Notes: generated by a model from the letters alone, not told the origin. A stretch of DNA of 27,342 nt from Candidatus Cloacimonadota bacterium (GCA_021108055.1 JAIORR010000233.1:1-27342); one strand, 5' to 3'. Counted from the stretch's first letter, positions 8,327 to 19,100 are shown. Made by a program: numbers and translations.

Positions 8327-9082
8327 ATGGGAAGAATAATTACAATCGTAAACCAAAAGGGAGGGGTAGGCAAAACTACTACTGCGATCAGTCTTGCTTC
8401 TGCTCTTGCTATTTTTGAAAGAAAGACGTTATTAATAGATTTTGATCCTCAGGGAAATACTTCCAGTGGCGTTGGAGCTGAAAAGAAAAACCCGAATATT
8501 TATGAAGCATTGATAGGGAAAGTACCTTTGAAGGATGTGATCAAACCTTCTTCTATCCTTAAAAAGCTGGAAATTGCTCCGGCAAACGTCGATTTGAGTG
8601 GAGCAGAGATCGAGCTTGTGAAGGAATATTCACGGGAATATAAGCTGAAGAAAATCGTAGAGCCGCTTATAAATGATTATGAATTTATCATTATCGACTG
8701 TCCTCCTTCGCTGGGGCTGCTCACGGTTAATGCACTTACAGCCTGCACGGACGTTATCATTCCAATTCAATGTGAATATTATGCACTGGAAGGTGTGAGT
8801 CAGCTCCTTACTACCATCCGATTGATTAAAAAAGGATTGAACCCGGGACTTAATATAATGGGTATTTTACTCACATTATATGATAGAAGACTAAACCTTT
8901 CACGACAGGTTGCCAAGGAAGTTAGAAGATATTTTCAGGAACAGGTTTTTGAAACGATCATTCATAGAAGTGTAAAACTGAGTGAAGCTCCGGGTTTCGG
9001 GAAATCTATTTTTCATTATGATATAAAATCTCCGGGTTCAAAAAGCTATTTGGAATTAGCAAAGGAAGTGATGGCAAGATGA
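8327..9082 (+). CDS. parA: Chromosome partitioning ATPase ParA/Soj
   Basis: NQKGGVGKTTT deviant Walker A, DFDPQGN, IIDCPPSLGLLT and QCEYYALEG. Confidence 0.96.
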   Translation: MGRIITIVNQKGGVGKTTTAISLASALAIFERKTLLIDFDPQGNTSSGVGAEKKNPNIYEALIGKVPLKDVIKPSSILKKLEIAPANVDLSGAEIELVKEYSREYKLKKIVEPLINDYEFIIIDCPPSLGLLTVNALTACTDVIIPIQCEYYALEGVSQLLTTIRLIKKGLNPGLNIMGILLTLYDRRLNLSRQVAKEVRRYFQEQVFETIIHRSVKLSEAPGFGKSIFHYDIKSPGSKSYLELAKEVMAR

Positions 9083-9930
9083 CAAAATTAGGCAGAGGTT
9101 TAGAAGCACTGATAGATTCGGGACCTGAATCTACCGATAAAACAACTGGAATAACAACAATAAAAATCGATAACATAGCTCCAAACAGGTATCAGCCCCG
9201 TAAAAGATTCGATAAGAAAAAATTGCAGGAACTCGCAAATTCTCTTAAGGAAAATGGTCTCATCCAGCCGATCATTGTCACGAAAAGAGATGAAACAAAA
9301 TATGAACTCGTTGCAGGCGAAAGAAGATTGGAAGCATCACGACTTGCCGGATTTGATGAAATTCCTGTTATTATCAGAAGTGTTTCTCCCAAAGAACAAC
9401 TTCAATTTGCGATCATCGAAAACGTTCAACGAGAAGACCTGAGTGCTATCGAGGAAGCAAGGGCTTACCAGCAATTGAATGAAGAATTTAAATTAACTCA
9501 TTCCCAGATATCTGAAATTGTAGGAAAAGATAGAGTTACTATTTCAAATCTTATTCGCCTTTTAAAGTTAAATGATAATATTCAGCAGATGATATTGGAT
9601 GAAAAAATCTCATCCGGACATGCACGTGCTGTTCTTCAGGTTGATGAACAACTGCAGGAAGATTTTGCAAATCTGATATTAAAAAATAATTTGTCGGTAA
9701 GAAAAACAGAATTAGAAGCAAAACGAATCAAAGAAACAGGTTCTGTCCATAGACAAAAACCAGAAACAATTGTGATTCCAAAGTTAAATGAATATGAAAA
9801 AACACTCATTAACTCCTATAAAATGAGAGTAACGATTTCCGGAAAGGAAGATAAAGGCAGGATAATATTTCATTATGCTTCCGAAAAGGAATTGACTAAA
9901 CTTATCAAGGCTTTAAAAAAAAATAAATGA
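9079..9930 (+). CDS. parB: Chromosome partitioning protein ParB/Spo0J
   Basis: LGRGLEAL N-terminal peptide, PNRYQPR, LVAGERR, ENVQREDL and HTH. ATGA overlap with parA. Confidence 0.96.
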   Translation: MTKLGRGLEALIDSGPESTDKTTGITTIKIDNIAPNRYQPRKRFDKKKLQELANSLKENGLIQPIIVTKRDETKYELVAGERRLEASRLAGFDEIPVIIRSVSPKEQLQFAIIENVQREDLSAIEEARAYQQLNEEFKLTHSQISEIVGKDRVTISNLIRLLKLNDNIQQMILDEKISSGHARAVLQVDEQLQEDFANLILKNNLSVRKTELEAKRIKETGSVHRQKPETIVIPKLNEYEKTLINSYKMRVTISGKEDKGRIIFHYASEKELTKLIKALKKNK

Positions 9931-10610
9931 ATAAATTATTATTATTTCTTTTTTTAATCGTAATTGTTGCACTGGTTCTTGTTTATTCAGAGAATAGAAA
10001 ATTAAATTCCATCAACAAAGAGCAAAAGCAGAAACTGGAAGTATCCGAAGAATATATAGAACACATTACAAATGAAATAAATAAAATGCCATCTACAGAA
10101 GAGACCGACATTTCCAATTCCGATAGATTAAGAAATGCTTTGAATAATTATTTACAAAAACGTAAGACAGATAAAGAAAAAAATAAAGTTAATGTTGATA
10201 ATATCCATGAAAAACTTTCACAAAATGAAAAAAAAGGAAGATTCATTCCCAACCTTATTCCTATTAACGGAGATTATGCAATAAGTCAGAGGTATTCCGA
10301 AGACCATCCGGCTCTCGATTTTGCTGCTGCAAATGGAACCGAGGTTGTAGCTGCTGCCGCAGGTGTTGTTCGGGCTGTTTACGAAGATGACTATTTTGGA
10401 ATCGTTATGACGGTAGATCACCTTAACGAATATTCTACACTCTATGCGCATCTTTCTGCTGCTGTTTACGAAACCAGGATATTTGTAGAAAAAGGTGAAA
10501 CTATTGCCCTGGTCGGAAATACAGGAAATAGCTCTGCTCCTCATCTTCATTTTGAAATAATAAAAAACGATGAATATTTAGACCCGGGAAAATTTTTAGT
10601 AAAAGAATGA
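9927..10610 (+). CDS. Membrane-anchored M23 family peptidase
   Basis: N-terminal TM plus coiled-coil-like stretch; HPALDF, YAHL and GNTGNSSAPHLHFE zinc motifs. Confidence 0.9.
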   Translation: MNKLLLFLFLIVIVALVLVYSENRKLNSINKEQKQKLEVSEEYIEHITNEINKMPSTEETDISNSDRLRNALNNYLQKRKTDKEKNKVNVDNIHEKLSQNEKKGRFIPNLIPINGDYAISQRYSEDHPALDFAAANGTEVVAAAAGVVRAVYEDDYFGIVMTVDHLNEYSTLYAHLSAAVYETRIFVEKGETIALVGNTGNSSAPHLHFEIIKNDEYLDPGKFLVKE

Positions 10611-10624
10611 AAAGAGAGGATAAT

Positions 10625-11026
10625 ATGGCAAGAAACAAGAAAGTGGAGCTTTCTACAATAATTGGAAAAGGAAGCAAGATAAAAGGTTCTTTGATCATCG
10701 AAGGTGGTATTCGCATCGATGGCAAAGTGGAAGGCTCGATCGAATCAGACGGATTTGTTACGATCGGACTTTCCGGTGTAGCAAAAGCCGATATTAAAGC
10801 CGACGAGTGTCTTGTTTCCGGTAAGGTTGAAGGGAACATCGTTTGTGAAGATGCCCTCGAACTTGATAGAACCGCCAACTTAACAGGAGATATTATAGCA
10901 AAAGTGTTGAAAATTCACACAGGAGCTGTATTTAACGGTACAAGTAAAATGAACAAAAACAACAAACCTGCTGTTGCTAAAACTTTTGTTTATAAAAAAG
11001 ATGAGGAAGAAAAAAAATCTCAATAA
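10625..11026 (+). CDS. Bactofilin (polymer-forming cytoskeletal protein, CcmA-like)
   Basis: STIIGKG.KIKG.L...GGIRIDGKVEG.I beta-helix repeats and GAVFNG end motif. I prefer ATG 10625 after GAGGA over 10607. Confidence 0.9.
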   Translation: MARNKKVELSTIIGKGSKIKGSLIIEGGIRIDGKVEGSIESDGFVTIGLSGVAKADIKADECLVSGKVEGNIVCEDALELDRTANLTGDIIAKVLKIHTGAVFNGTSKMNKNNKPAVAKTFVYKKDEEEKKSQ

Positions 11027-11228
11027 GGAGTGGTATAAATATTTTAGTTTAATATCACAACTTGGACTCGTTGTAGTTTCATCTATCTTGATATTTTTCT
11101 TTCTTTTCCTTTATTTAGACAGGAAATTCAATACAAACGGTATCCTTATGGCGGTCGGTGTATTTCTTGGAGTAATATTGGGAGTGCTGGGAGCATATAG
11201 GCTGTTAAGAAAAATATACAGGGATTAA
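11001..11228 (+). CDS. ATP synthase accessory protein AtpZ/AtpI (gene 1 type)
   Basis: Two TM helices with SQLG...LDRKFNT...GV.LG pattern. First gene of the atp operon. The start at 11001 is inferred. Confidence 0.78.
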   Translation: MRKKKNLNKEWYKYFSLISQLGLVVVSSILIFFFLFLYLDRKFNTNGILMAVGVFLGVILGVLGAYRLLRKIYRD

Positions 11229-11244
11229 GTACTATAAAAATAAG

Positions 11245-11616
11245 ATGAATAACAAAATATATGTTAAGAGAATCGTGATTATTATTCTCTTGACAAACGT
11301 ACCTGCTATTTTGAGTCTGCCGTTGTTTTATAAAGAAGCTTTAGGTTGGATTTCGGGTTCAATTGCAAGTTTTATAAATTTTATATGGCTTGCAGATAAT
11401 GTGAAAAAAAGTATGAGACTACTGGAAACCAAATCTAAATTGAATGCTGTAAAAGGAACATTGCTGAGATTATTGTTCCTTGCTGTATATTCTGCGGTAA
11501 TAGTTTATTTATTAAGACCGAACATAGTTGTTTTTGGATTGGGGTTACTTTCGGCACAGATATGCATTTACGGAAATGAGATTTACGAGAATATAAAAAA
11601 AAGTAAGTATTTTTGA
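11245..11616 (+). CDS. atpI: ATP synthase protein I (UncI)
   Basis: 123 aa with about 4 TM helices (GSIASFINF...LRL...FGLGLL), directly upstream of subunit a. Confidence 0.72.
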   Translation: MNNKIYVKRIVIIILLTNVPAILSLPLFYKEALGWISGSIASFINFIWLADNVKKSMRLLETKSKLNAVKGTLLRLLFLAVYSAVIVYLLRPNIVVFGLGLLSAQICIYGNEIYENIKKSKYF

Positions 11617-11623
11617 GGTTGAA

Positions 11624-12535
11624 ATGGCAAAGAAAAAAAACCCGATGTTAAAAATATTTTTGATATTCTTCATTATAGAGATCATACTTGTATTTTTATC
11701 CGGTAATTTTTCCAGACAGCTTCAAGTTGGATTTGAAAACAAAAAGTTCGTTCTCAGAAATATTGAATTTCATTATGACCTCCAGGATGAAATAACAGAA
11801 GAATTCCAGATAGATGAATACAATAGGCAAAATAACATCACTCCCGATGTTTATGGAAGTGAAAAAATATATGATCTTTTTAAAAGATTTTTTGGAGCAC
11901 CAACAGCTCTTGGAACATTTCAACTTTTGCGAATGATCCTGATCGTAGATATTGTACTTCTGTTCATGGCACTATATATCAGGAAGCATTTGTTGGCTCG
12001 TCCTTCAAAATCACAACTTATTTTTGAATTGATATATACTTCATTAGAAGAATTTGTTACAGAAACTCTGGGAAAAGAAAAGGCAAATTACACGCCGTAT
12101 ATTGTTACTCTTTTCATCTTTATCTGGGTATGCAATATGATCGGCATGATTCCGATACCGGGATTTATGGAGCCTACAAGGAATTTAAATGTACCGCTGG
12201 GTCTCGGCTTTATGGTCGTCATTGTTGTACACTTCACGGCAATAAAAATGAAGGGTGCCTGGAAACATTTCCAGAACTATATTAATCCAATAAAAAATCC
12301 TCTTTGCCTTTTAGATATAGTTGGGGAAATGTCAAAAGTCGTTTCAATTTCTTTCCGTCTTTTTGGAAATATTCTGGGTGGAGCTATCATTATTCTGGTA
12401 GTTTCTTCACTTGTTAGTTTCGTTGTTTTTCCTGTAGGGCTGAATTTATTCTTCGGTATGTTTGTAGGAACGATTCAGGCATTTGTATTTACAATGCTTG
12501 CTCTCACATATATTGGTGTGGAAATTTCGGAGTGA
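11624..12535 (+). CDS. atpB: Fo subunit a, with N-terminal extension
   Basis: PSKSQLIFE, NMIGMIP, PTRNLNV, SISFRLFGNILGG (essential Arg) and IQAFVFTML. Confidence 0.95.
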   Translation: MAKKKNPMLKIFLIFFIIEIILVFLSGNFSRQLQVGFENKKFVLRNIEFHYDLQDEITEEFQIDEYNRQNNITPDVYGSEKIYDLFKRFFGAPTALGTFQLLRMILIVDIVLLFMALYIRKHLLARPSKSQLIFELIYTSLEEFVTETLGKEKANYTPYIVTLFIFIWVCNMIGMIPIPGFMEPTRNLNVPLGLGFMVVIVVHFTAIKMKGAWKHFQNYINPIKNPLCLLDIVGEMSKVVSISFRLFGNILGGAIIILVVSSLVSFVVFPVGLNLFFGMFVGTIQAFVFTMLALTYIGVEISE

Positions 12536-12538
12536 TAG

Positions 12539-13291
12539 ATGGCATTTACTATTGAACAAATTCAAATTGCCGCATACCTCGGTGCAGGACTTTGTGTAGG
12601 TATCGGAGCGGTAACCACCGGAATTGGTTCCGGTATAATTGCCGGAGAAGGAGCACAGGCAATAGTCAAACAACCCAAGGCAAACGAGCAAATTTTCCGA
12701 ACAATGCTTATCGGGCAGGCAGCAGCACAAACTGCCGGAATCTTTGCACTGGTTATTTCCATGCTTCTGATATACGGCAGGTCTGACAGCATAGAAGGAG
12801 GATGGTTCAAAGCTGCTGCATATCTTGCTGCCGGCATTGCAATGGGTTTCGGCTCTATTGGGCCATCTATGGGTGCAGGATATTCCGGAGGACAGGCTTG
12901 TAAGTCTGTTGCCAGAATGCCAAAACACGGAAATGCCATAATGGGAAATATGCTTATCGGTCAGGCACTATCACAAACTTCTGCAATTTTCGCATTAGTT
13001 GTATCTTTTCTTTTATTATATTCTATTCCGGAACAACCCGCCGATATTTCTCTGGGAAGATTAATTGTGAAAACAGTAGCATTTCTTGGAGCAGGACTAT
13101 CGATAGGACTTGGAACTTTGGGTCCCGGGATGGGCATTGGCTTTGTTGCTGGAAAGGCTAATGATATGATAGGCAGGTTTCCGGATGAGAAAGCAAAAAT
13201 CATGAGAACTATGTTTCTGGGATCTGCAGTATCGGAATCAACAGCTATTTATTCGCTTGTAATATCGTTTTTGTTAATATTTGCACTATAA
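12539..13291 (+). CDS. atpE: Fo subunit c, triple-hairpin (6 TM) form with one carboxylate
   Basis: Three tandem c-subunit hairpins with loops KQPK, RMPK and RFPD. Residues at the catalytic position are Q64, Q146 and E233. Confidence 0.92.
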   Translation: MAFTIEQIQIAAYLGAGLCVGIGAVTTGIGSGIIAGEGAQAIVKQPKANEQIFRTMLIGQAAAQTAGIFALVISMLLIYGRSDSIEGGWFKAAAYLAAGIAMGFGSIGPSMGAGYSGGQACKSVARMPKHGNAIMGNMLIGQALSQTSAIFALVVSFLLLYSIPEQPADISLGRLIVKTVAFLGAGLSIGLGTLGPGMGIGFVAGKANDMIGRFPDEKAKIMRTMFLGSAVSESTAIYSLVISFLLIFAL

Positions 13292-13368
13292 TTCAAAATG
13301 AAATCGGCAACAGATAGAACGAGAAAAAAGCAAAATTTCTGAAAGTTCTTTTTTATAGTTGATAATAA

Positions 13369-13397
13369 GTCACCATTGGTTTGTGAAAGACGGTGGC
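13369..13397 (+). promoter_or_regulatory. Intercistronic stem-loop upstream of the single c gene
   Basis: GTCACC (13369-74) pairs with GGTGGC (13392-97), with an inner stem capped by GTGA. It ends 10 nt before the GGAGG SD. Confidence 0.45.
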
Positions 13398-13416
13398 AAA
13401 AAAATATGGAGGAATC

Positions 13417-13668
13417 ATGGACTTAACATTAGCACAGGGAATCGTAAAAGCTTCAGCTCTTTTGGGGGCTGGTTTGTGTATGGGAATGGGTGCTCTGGGA
13501 CCTGGAGTTGGAGAAGGCTTTGTAGCAGGTAAAGCTTGCGAGGGTATTGCTCGTTCTCCGGAAAATGCAAGCTTGATAACCAGAACGATGCTTGTGGGAC
13601 AGGCAGTATCAGAATCTACCGGTATTTATTCTCTGGTTATTGCATTATTGCTTATTTTCTCAACTTAA
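13417..13668 (+). CDS. atpE: Fo subunit c, single hairpin, Na+-type with two-carboxylate motif
   Basis: 83 aa; GPGVGEG (E33) and GQAVSESTGIY (E66, S67, T68, Y71). Strong GGAGG SD before ATG 13417; the track's 13393 start is too early. Confidence 0.95.
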   Translation: MDLTLAQGIVKASALLGAGLCMGMGALGPGVGEGFVAGKACEGIARSPENASLITRTMLVGQAVSESTGIYSLVIALLLIFST

Positions 13669-13735
13669 AAAAAAAGATATAATTAGAAACAAAGAAAACT
13701 TGATTTTCTGATTTAATTCCTTAACTGGAGAATTT

Positions 13736-14218
13736 ATGATTAGTATAAATTATGCGTTCATTATTGTTATATTGAATTTTGTTCTTTTACTCATTATATT
13801 GAATAAAATTCTTTATAAACCAATAAAGAAATTTCTGGCTGAGCGGCAGAAAAACATATCAGATGATATAGATAACGCAAATGAATCAAAAGAAAAAGCA
13901 GCAAAACTTGTTGAAGAAAAAGAAGGGGAATTAAAGACCTCTGCAGAAGAAATAAGAAAGATGAAAACTGCTGCCAAGAAAGATGCTGAAATACAATCTT
14001 CTGAAATTGTGAAAAGTGCAAAAAGCAGAGAAAAGAAAATTCTTAAAGATACGGAAGAACAGCTTAAACACGAAAAGGAAAAAGTGAAATCAGAGATCGA
14101 AACAGAAATAATTGAACTGGTTTCAGATCTTTCTACAAAATTCCTTTCAGAAAAACTGGATGATAAAAAAGATGAAGCACTTTTGAAAAAGATACTTTCC
14201 GAGAAAGAGGATAAGTGA
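13736..14218 (+). CDS. atpF: Fo subunit b
   Basis: N-terminal TM with NF..L...L.K.LYKPI.KFL.ER and a long charged helix. SD GGAG. Confidence 0.93.
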   Translation: MISINYAFIIVILNFVLLLIILNKILYKPIKKFLAERQKNISDDIDNANESKEKAAKLVEEKEGELKTSAEEIRKMKTAAKKDAEIQSSEIVKSAKSREKKILKDTEEQLKHEKEKVKSEIETEIIELVSDLSTKFLSEKLDDKKDEALLKKILSEKEDK

Positions 14219-14748
14219 AAGATAAGTTGATCGCTAAACGCTATGCAACTGCTGCAATATTAAATATTCCAGAGAATCAATATTATTCTGTTATGGAAGA
14301 TATGAAGTTTCTTAGAAAAGCATTTGCGCAAGATGAAGATTATATAAAGTCGATCAATTCATATCTTTTTCCATTGCAAAACCGGATAAAGCTGGTGAAG
14401 CAAATATCCGCACAACTCAATAACAGAGTAATCTGGGAAAATCTTTTTGTCCTTTTAGTAAAGAAACACAGGTTTACGATTATTATGGAAGTACTTAATG
14501 AAATGGAAAATACTGTTTTGATCAGTAAAAATCAGGTTAAAGTATCTTTAACGATTGCACATGAACATTCCGAAATAGTGCTGAATAAGATAAGTTCCAA
14601 AATAGCTGATATTATTAAAAAAGATGTTGTGATGAAAGTTAATATCGATCCTGAAATAATTGGGGGATTTATCGCACAAACAGATTCTCTTTTAATTGAT
14701 GGCTCAATAAAAAATGGTTTGGTAAAATTAGTTAGTTCAAAGAAATAA
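14215..14748 (+). CDS. atpH: F1 subunit delta
   Basis: IAKRYA N-terminus and DPEIIGG...IDGSIK C-terminus. GTG start in a GTGA overlap. Confidence 0.9.
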   Translation: MKDKLIAKRYATAAILNIPENQYYSVMEDMKFLRKAFAQDEDYIKSINSYLFPLQNRIKLVKQISAQLNNRVIWENLFVLLVKKHRFTIIMEVLNEMENTVLISKNQVKVSLTIAHEHSEIVLNKISSKIADIIKKDVVMKVNIDPEIIGGFIAQTDSLLIDGSIKNGLVKLVSSKK

Positions 14749-14762
14749 TAAATGAGGTCAGA

Positions 14763-16243
14763 ATGAAGATTCAACCAGATGAAATAAGTTCGATACTAAA
14801 AGATAAAATAAACGATTTTAAATTCGAGATCGATATTGCCGAAACAGGAAAAGTAGTTCAGGTCGGCGATGGAATAGCCCGCATTTATGGAATGGATAAT
14901 GTAATGGCTGGCGAAATGATCGAATTTACAGGCGGTGTTGTTGGTATGGCTCTGAACCTTGAAGAAGATAATGTCGGGTGCATAATATTTGGTGAAACCA
15001 GAAAGATCAAAGAAGGTGATATTGCCAAAAGGACAAAGAAGATACTCCAGGTTCCCGTGGGGGAAGAAATGTTGGGTCGTGTTATTAATGCTTTGGGGCA
15101 TCCTATCGATGGAAAAGGTGAAATTAAAGCAGATGAATATAAACCGATAGAAAGAAAAGCTCTTGGAATTATTCAAAGGCAGCCTGTAAAAGAACCATTG
15201 CAGACTGGCTTGAAAGCGATCGATTCGATGATACCGATAGGTAGAGGACAAAGGGAATTAATTATTGGTGACCGGCAAACAGGAAAATCTGCTATCGCCA
15301 TCGATACGATCATAAACCAGAAAGATTCGGATATTATTTGTATCTATGTTGCCATCGGACAGAAAAAATCTTCCGTGGCTAAAATAGTTAAAACATTAGA
15401 AGCACACCAGGCTATGGATTATACGATAATTGTTACGGCATCGGCATCCGAATCGGCATCTCTAAGATACCTTGCTCCTTATGCAGGTTGTACGGTCGGA
15501 GAATTTTTCCGGGACAACGGAAAACATGCTCTCATAATCTATGATGATCTTTCCAAACACGCTGTTTCATATCGTGAACTATCACTTCTGCTCAGGAGAC
15601 CTCCAGGACGTGAAGCATATCCCGGCGATGTATTTTATCTGCATTCGAGGCTTCTGGAAAGAGCTTCCAAACTAAGCAATGAACTTGGCGGCGGTTCTCT
15701 TACTGCACTTCCTATCATAGAAACTCAGGCAGATGATATAACAGCTTACATTCCAACCAATGTGATTTCTATTACAGATGGGCAGATATATCTTGGCAGC
15801 CGTTTGTTTTATTCGGGGATAAGACCTGCCATTAATGCCGGACTTTCTGTTTCCCGCGTTGGCGGAAGTGCACAGATCAAAGCAATGAAAAGCGTTACCG
15901 GACAGCTTCGTCTCGACCTTGCTCAATATGCGGAATTGGAAGCATTCTCGATAAGGCAACTCAGGCTCAGCTTCGACGCGGTGAAAGACTTGTGGAAATT
16001 CTAAAACAGGATCAATATTCACCACTGCCTGTAGAAAAGCAGATATTCATTATCTTTATGGCAAACGAAGGCTATCTTGACGAGATCGAAATTAACGATG
16101 TTAAGAAGGTAGAAGAAGAACTTTATTCAACCCTTGATTCCGAATATAAAGAATTTATGAAAAGTATGATAAAAGATAAGATTACAGATGAAATGAAAGA
16201 AGCAATGCGCAAAATCTGTAAAAAGGTTTTAAAGAAGTTCTAA
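14763..16243 (+). pseudogene. atpA: F1 subunit alpha, frameshifted at 15949/15950 (inferred ~19-nt deletion; possibly an assembly artefact)
   Basis: GDRQTGKS and [15 protein letters not shown] present. Homology runs to ...ELEAF(S), then continues in another frame as [20 protein letters not shown] to the stop at 16243. The QFGSDL segment is absent. Confidence 0.9.
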
Positions 16244-16252
16244 GGAAATCAA

Positions 16253-17104
16253 ATGGCGAACATCAAAGAAATAAAAATGCGAATAGAAAGCGTTAAAAAC
16301 ACCAGGCAAATTACGAATGCCATGAGGATGGTTGCTGCTGCTAAATTACGAAAAGCTCAGGAGAACATCATTAAAGCACGCCCTTATGCTGACCATATCA
16401 ATAATATGCTTCGAATGATAAAACTCAAGAATAAAGCAACAGATCATCCGATTCTTACAAATGTTGAAGGTAAAGGAAAAAGTGCATTCATAATTGTAAC
16501 TTCCGATAGAGGACTTTGCGGCTCATTTAATTCACAGATCATACGTAAAGCACTAAAACATATTGAACAACATCCCGATGCAGATCTTATATGTATCGGA
16601 AAAAAAAGTTATGATTATTTCAGAAAACATTCCACAAATGTTACAGAAAAATATATAAATCTTTTCAATGAAATGGATTTCAGTGTTTCCAGCGATGTTG
16701 CTGAAAAGATTCTTGAATTATATCTTGATCAGAATTATAAAAAGATCGATATTTTATATAATGAATTCAAATCTGCAATTCAGCAAGATATTATCGTAAA
16801 GCAGCTTCTTCCTGTTAAGCCAATTGAAATGGAAGATGTAACGAATTTGGATTTTCTATATGAACCTGATGAGGATACGATCATTGAAGAAATTGGAAGA
16901 AAACATATTAAAGTGGAAATCTGGAGGATAATGTTAGAATCTTCTGCAGCAGAGCAAGGTGCCAGAATGACCGCAATGGATTCTGCAACGGATAATGCTA
17001 CCGATTTAATAGGAGAATTAACATTAAGATATAACAGGGTAAGACAAGCAAGTATAACAACAGAAATTATAGAAATAGCTTCGGGAGCTGAAGCTTTGCA
17101 ATAG
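16253..17104 (+). CDS. atpG: F1 subunit gamma
   Basis: ITNAMRMVAAAKL, TSDRGLCGSFN, EQGARMTAMDSATDNA and RQASITTEI. Confidence 0.97.
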   Translation: MANIKEIKMRIESVKNTRQITNAMRMVAAAKLRKAQENIIKARPYADHINNMLRMIKLKNKATDHPILTNVEGKGKSAFIIVTSDRGLCGSFNSQIIRKALKHIEQHPDADLICIGKKSYDYFRKHSTNVTEKYINLFNEMDFSVSSDVAEKILELYLDQNYKKIDILYNEFKSAIQQDIIVKQLLPVKPIEMEDVTNLDFLYEPDEDTIIEEIGRKHIKVEIWRIMLESSAAEQGARMTAMDSATDNATDLIGELTLRYNRVRQASITTEIIEIASGAEALQ

Positions 17105-17125
17105 AAAAAAAGATTGGAGAATTAA

Positions 17126-18649
<1,524 letters not shown>

Positions 18650-18651
18650 AT

Positions 18652-19050
18652 ATGAGTAAAATAAAATTAACCGTGGTTCAACCTTTTCAAACAAAGATAA
18701 AAGGTGATTTTGATCATATAATTATTCCCGGAGTTGATGGAGATTTCGGAATTGATAGTGGGCATACTCCATTCATCACAAAAATAAGACCGGGAAACTT
18801 GAAACTTTATTTAGGAAGGAATATAGAGAAATATGCAATTCATGATGGATTTGTGACTGTAGAAAATGACCAGGTTACAATTGTTTGTGAGATTATGGAA
18901 AGAGATAACGAAATTAATGCGAAAAGAGCTCAAGAATCAAAAGAAAGAGCTGAAAAAAGACTGAAAAGTTCTTCAGAAGAAATTGATTTTCGTAGAGCTG
19001 AAATTGCTCTGAAAAAAGCATTAGTGCGATTGGGAATTGTAAAAAATTAA
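18652..19050 (+). CDS. atpC: F1 subunit epsilon
   Basis: IPGVDGDFGI..GHTP, IHDGFVTV and C-terminal helices RA..SKERAEKRL...ALKKALVRL. Confidence 0.95.
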   Translation: MSKIKLTVVQPFQTKIKGDFDHIIIPGVDGDFGIDSGHTPFITKIRPGNLKLYLGRNIEKYAIHDGFVTVENDQVTIVCEIMERDNEINAKRAQESKERAEKRLKSSSEEIDFRRAEIALKKALVRLGIVKN

Positions 19051-19100
19051 TTATTTTAAAAAAATATTTGGATAAAACTATTTTTAAAAAACAAATAAAG

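Noticed and set aside
12539-13291. V/A-type subunit K or an assembly-collapsed repeat
   Set aside because: The hairpins have F-type loops and GQA..(Q/E) motifs and are strongly diverged from one another, so this is an old triplication.
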